Shown piece by piece: positions 18,890 through 33,202 of a stretch of DNA of 33,202 nt. The translations under genes and the position numbers were made by a program. Source of the DNA: Sphaeroforma arctica JP610 (lineage: Eukaryota); NCBI RefSeq assembly GCF_001186125.1, contig NW_014039659.1, positions 1 to 33,202 on the forward strand, read 5' to 3'. Within the stretch, counting starts at the first letter, position 1. The number at the start of each line of letters is the position of its first letter. A model generated the notes under the pieces. That model did no database searches. It was not told the DNA's origin and saw only the letters and a list, made by a program, of their open reading frames with translations.

Positions 18890-19532
18890 TCCAATCAGTC
18901 AATTCTAAGCTACACGTGACGCTACTGTGCTTTCCCTATCCAACAATAGTCGCTGTTTCGAATCAGTCAAGCTAAGCTACACATGACTTTCCTTATCCAA
19001 CAGGAGTTACTGTTTCATATCAGTCATGCTAGTTACACATGACTTTCTTTATCCAACAGTAGTTACTGTTTCATATCAGTCATGCTAAGCTACACATGAC
19101 TTGCCTTATCCAACAGTAGTTACTGTTTCATATCAGTCATGCTAGCTACACATGACTTTCCTTATCCAACAGTAGTTACTGTTTCATATCAGTCATGCTA
19201 AGCTACGCATGACTTTCCTTATCCAACAGTAGTTACCGTTTCATATCAGTCATGCTAAGTTATACATGACTTTCTTTNNNNNNNNNNNNNNNNNNNNAAC
19301 AGTTAGTTACCGTTTCATATCAGTCATGCTAAGTTATACATGACTTTCTTTATCCAACTGTAGTTACTGTTTCATATCAGTCATGCTAAGCTACACACGA
19401 CTTGCCTTATCCAACAGTAGTTACTGCTTCATATCAGTCATGCTAAGTTACACATGACTTTCCTTATCCAACAGTAGTTACTGTTTCATATCAGTCATGC
19501 CAAGGTACACATGACTTTCTTCATCCAATAGT
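18890..19532. repeat. Tandem repeat, 56-57-bp unit, about 11 copies, each unit with two small hairpins
   Basis: TATCCAAC recurs at 18937, 18994, 19050, 19107, 19163, 19220 and onward. The array contains a 20-N gap at 19278-19297. Confidence 0.95.
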
Positions 19533-19555
19533 CCTCACTGCTAATCTCGGGTATC

Positions 19556-19695
19556 AAATGAACCATTTAACAGCGTATCACTGGCCGTTAAAATGAACCA
19601 TTTAACAGCGTGTCACTGGCCGTTAAATTGAACCATTTAACAGCGTGTCATTGGCCGTTAAAATGAACCATCTAACAGTGTATCACTGGCCGTTA
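19556..19695. repeat. Tandem repeat, 35-bp unit x4
   Basis: AAATGAACCATTTAACAGCGTGTCACTGGCCGTTA and variants at 19556, 19591, 19626 and 19661. Confidence 0.93.
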
Positions 19696-20375
19696 ACACC
19701 ATATTTTCGCCAAATGTACGGCAAGCATCCCTCCACTTAAAACCATGTCCAGTTTCAATGTCCTTGTCGGTCGGATCTATGAACTCAAATCGAACCATCG
19801 GGCAAATACCGCCTTCTGTGCTTATGCGTGTAATCATAAGTCTGAACACAACACGACCTTCGAACCAGCACCAGCCTACAGTCAGTGCTGCTACATGATT
19901 CGATACGTCCAGCAAGTGCCTGAACTCTGGACACACCCAATTTTTCTTTTCTTTTTTGGGAGTGGCGGAGAGGGGTCGACAGCCCCACACGTGTCCCAAT
20001 CGATGACTCAACACCAGTCCAGTACTGTGACAACAGGTGCACACCCCTCGGTGTGCTACTAAAGCGCCTATGGCTTTCGCTCCGTTGTAGCTGGTGTGAG
20101 CGTAGTTCACTGGCGATGGTATGATAATTAAAGGGCTTTGAACCTGACCCACGACGCGTGGGCACAAACGCCTGCCCCAAAACAGAAGTCGCAGGGCCGA
20201 TGTCCTACAAACGCCTGCCCCAAAACACAAGTCGCAGGGCCGTTGTCCAAACGGTCCACGCCCTGCAGGAAGGTGCCCTTGAGCCTCGAGCAATTCGGTA
20301 GCAATCGCCGATATACGAAGAGGTGCATCATACAGACTATACTATGCTATACCAGACCTGACCTAATCCAGACCC

Positions 20376-31875
<11,500 letters not shown>

Positions 31876-33135
31876 CTGAGCGCAACATTGGCCGAGAATC
31901 AATAGATATTCGCAAGAATTTCGGTACCATATAGCCTCAGCGATATCTGCTAAATAAATCGACACTGGTGCGCACAGCCGCACACTCGGCATAAGCTAGC
32001 ACATACTGAGCAAAATACTACAAGGTAAAAATTACAGTGTAAAATTCAATACGAACCGCTTATATACAGGCAACAGAAATACTGAGTGATATGCTCACAC
32101 AGCCACGAGACTAAGGTAAGTTTATATACGCTCAAGACAAGAATACTGAGTAGTCGAATGAGAAGACTGATATATGCGCATCATCCCATTCTGGTGCTTG
32201 GCTGGTGTCTATGAGTAGGTTAGGAGCACTTGCTGTGTATGTGACAGGTGTCTATGAGTAATTCGGGAGCATACGTTGTGTATCTATAATTTGCTTGAAT
32301 ACCGACATTTTTTTTTCTCGGAGTAAAAATTGAACCATGTTCAAAAAAAAAATTGAACCGCCAATATCAAAGTTAAAATCTGCACGGTACAGTACTAAAT
32401 ACAAGTGTGCGCATGACGTCTAATATCTAAAGAATGGGTATATATCGTTCCGAGTTGGATAAACAGCGAGCATGGTGGGGGACTTGTTGTCAAGCAGTGT
32501 TTCAATATGTGCACGTGGTTGTCATGATGTAAAACTAATGCAGAAATCAAGTCCGGAAAGCCAAAAATGATTCTACTTGATCTAATTCACGGCGATACAA
32601 TGTGTTATCTCGATCAAGCCTCAGGGCACATTGAATTGACGCGATTTGACAGCAAACCGATTAGAGATGTGAACCGGTAATGCATCTTCTCTCAGTAGAT
32701 GGTGTTGGAGTGCTAAACTTTGCCATGAAAATAAATTTTGAGATTGTGAACTCAATTTCGCAATCATCATAGTGTCAAAGGCAAATATATACATTCAGAA
32801 CCCCCAACAGCTATACGAAGGTTAGCATATTCAATTCCGATGTCACATACTTTGTCAATCTAGAGAGGCGCTTTAAGGGATTGTATCATAGTAGTACCCA
32901 GTCCATGCATATGATCGTTACTGAACAGCCTGCGTATCGCAAATTATTGAGTCTGCACTCGTATGTGACCATACATTGTCATGAACCCTACTTGAAGCAG
33001 CCGTACCTGAACTTCATGTATCCTACCACTTTATAACACGTTAAAGCTGAAGACATAAAGTCTAGCGCGAATGCTGATTAAACAGGCTCTGCTTTTCAGG
33101 TCATGTCCCCACACACACCCACAAGAATATCGAAT

Positions 33136-33172
<37 letters not shown>

Positions 33173-33202
33173 TACATAATGTATACATATATATATATAT
33201 AT

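Noticed and set aside
18890..19532. CRISPR-like appearance of the palindromic repeat array
   Set aside because: The units are contiguous with no unique spacers, there are no cas genes, and the context is eukaryotic.
19658..20293. 211-aa minus-strand ORF downstream of KDM4
   Set aside because: It has no recognisable motif, starts from a non-ATG codon, and overlaps a local duplication (about 20164-20242) and the 35-bp array. It is probably 3' UTR.
31876..33202. Search for the first KDM4 (JmjN) exon, including possible donors near 32850 and 33006
   Set aside because: No frame gave the expected P.F.PT.EEF..F..Y motif. The exon is probably beyond the window end.

Overview
This is an intron-rich eukaryotic draft-assembly window with six N-gaps and many micro- and minisatellites. 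The gene content and intron style suggest a unicellular holozoan such as an ichthyosporean, but that is inference. All recognisable coding features are on the minus strand. (1) About 1.06-8.6 kb: a decayed Ty3/Gypsy LTR retrotransposon with Gag/zinc knuckle, protease, RT, RNase H and a DDE integrase. Between RNase H and integrase it carries a frameshifted Dam/DIRS-type DNA N6-adenine methyltransferase domain, which is the most unusual item in the window. (2) 9216-16486: a spliced WDR1/AIP1 (actin-interacting protein 1) gene with 12 visible exons and at least one more hidden in a gap. (3) 20376 to beyond 31875: a spliced KDM4/JMJD2 histone demethylase (JmjN-JmjC-PHD-ePHD-double Tudor) whose first exon was not found. 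Several intronic tandem repeats in both genes copy the neighbouring splice junction, including a stack of 74-nt GT...AG units.
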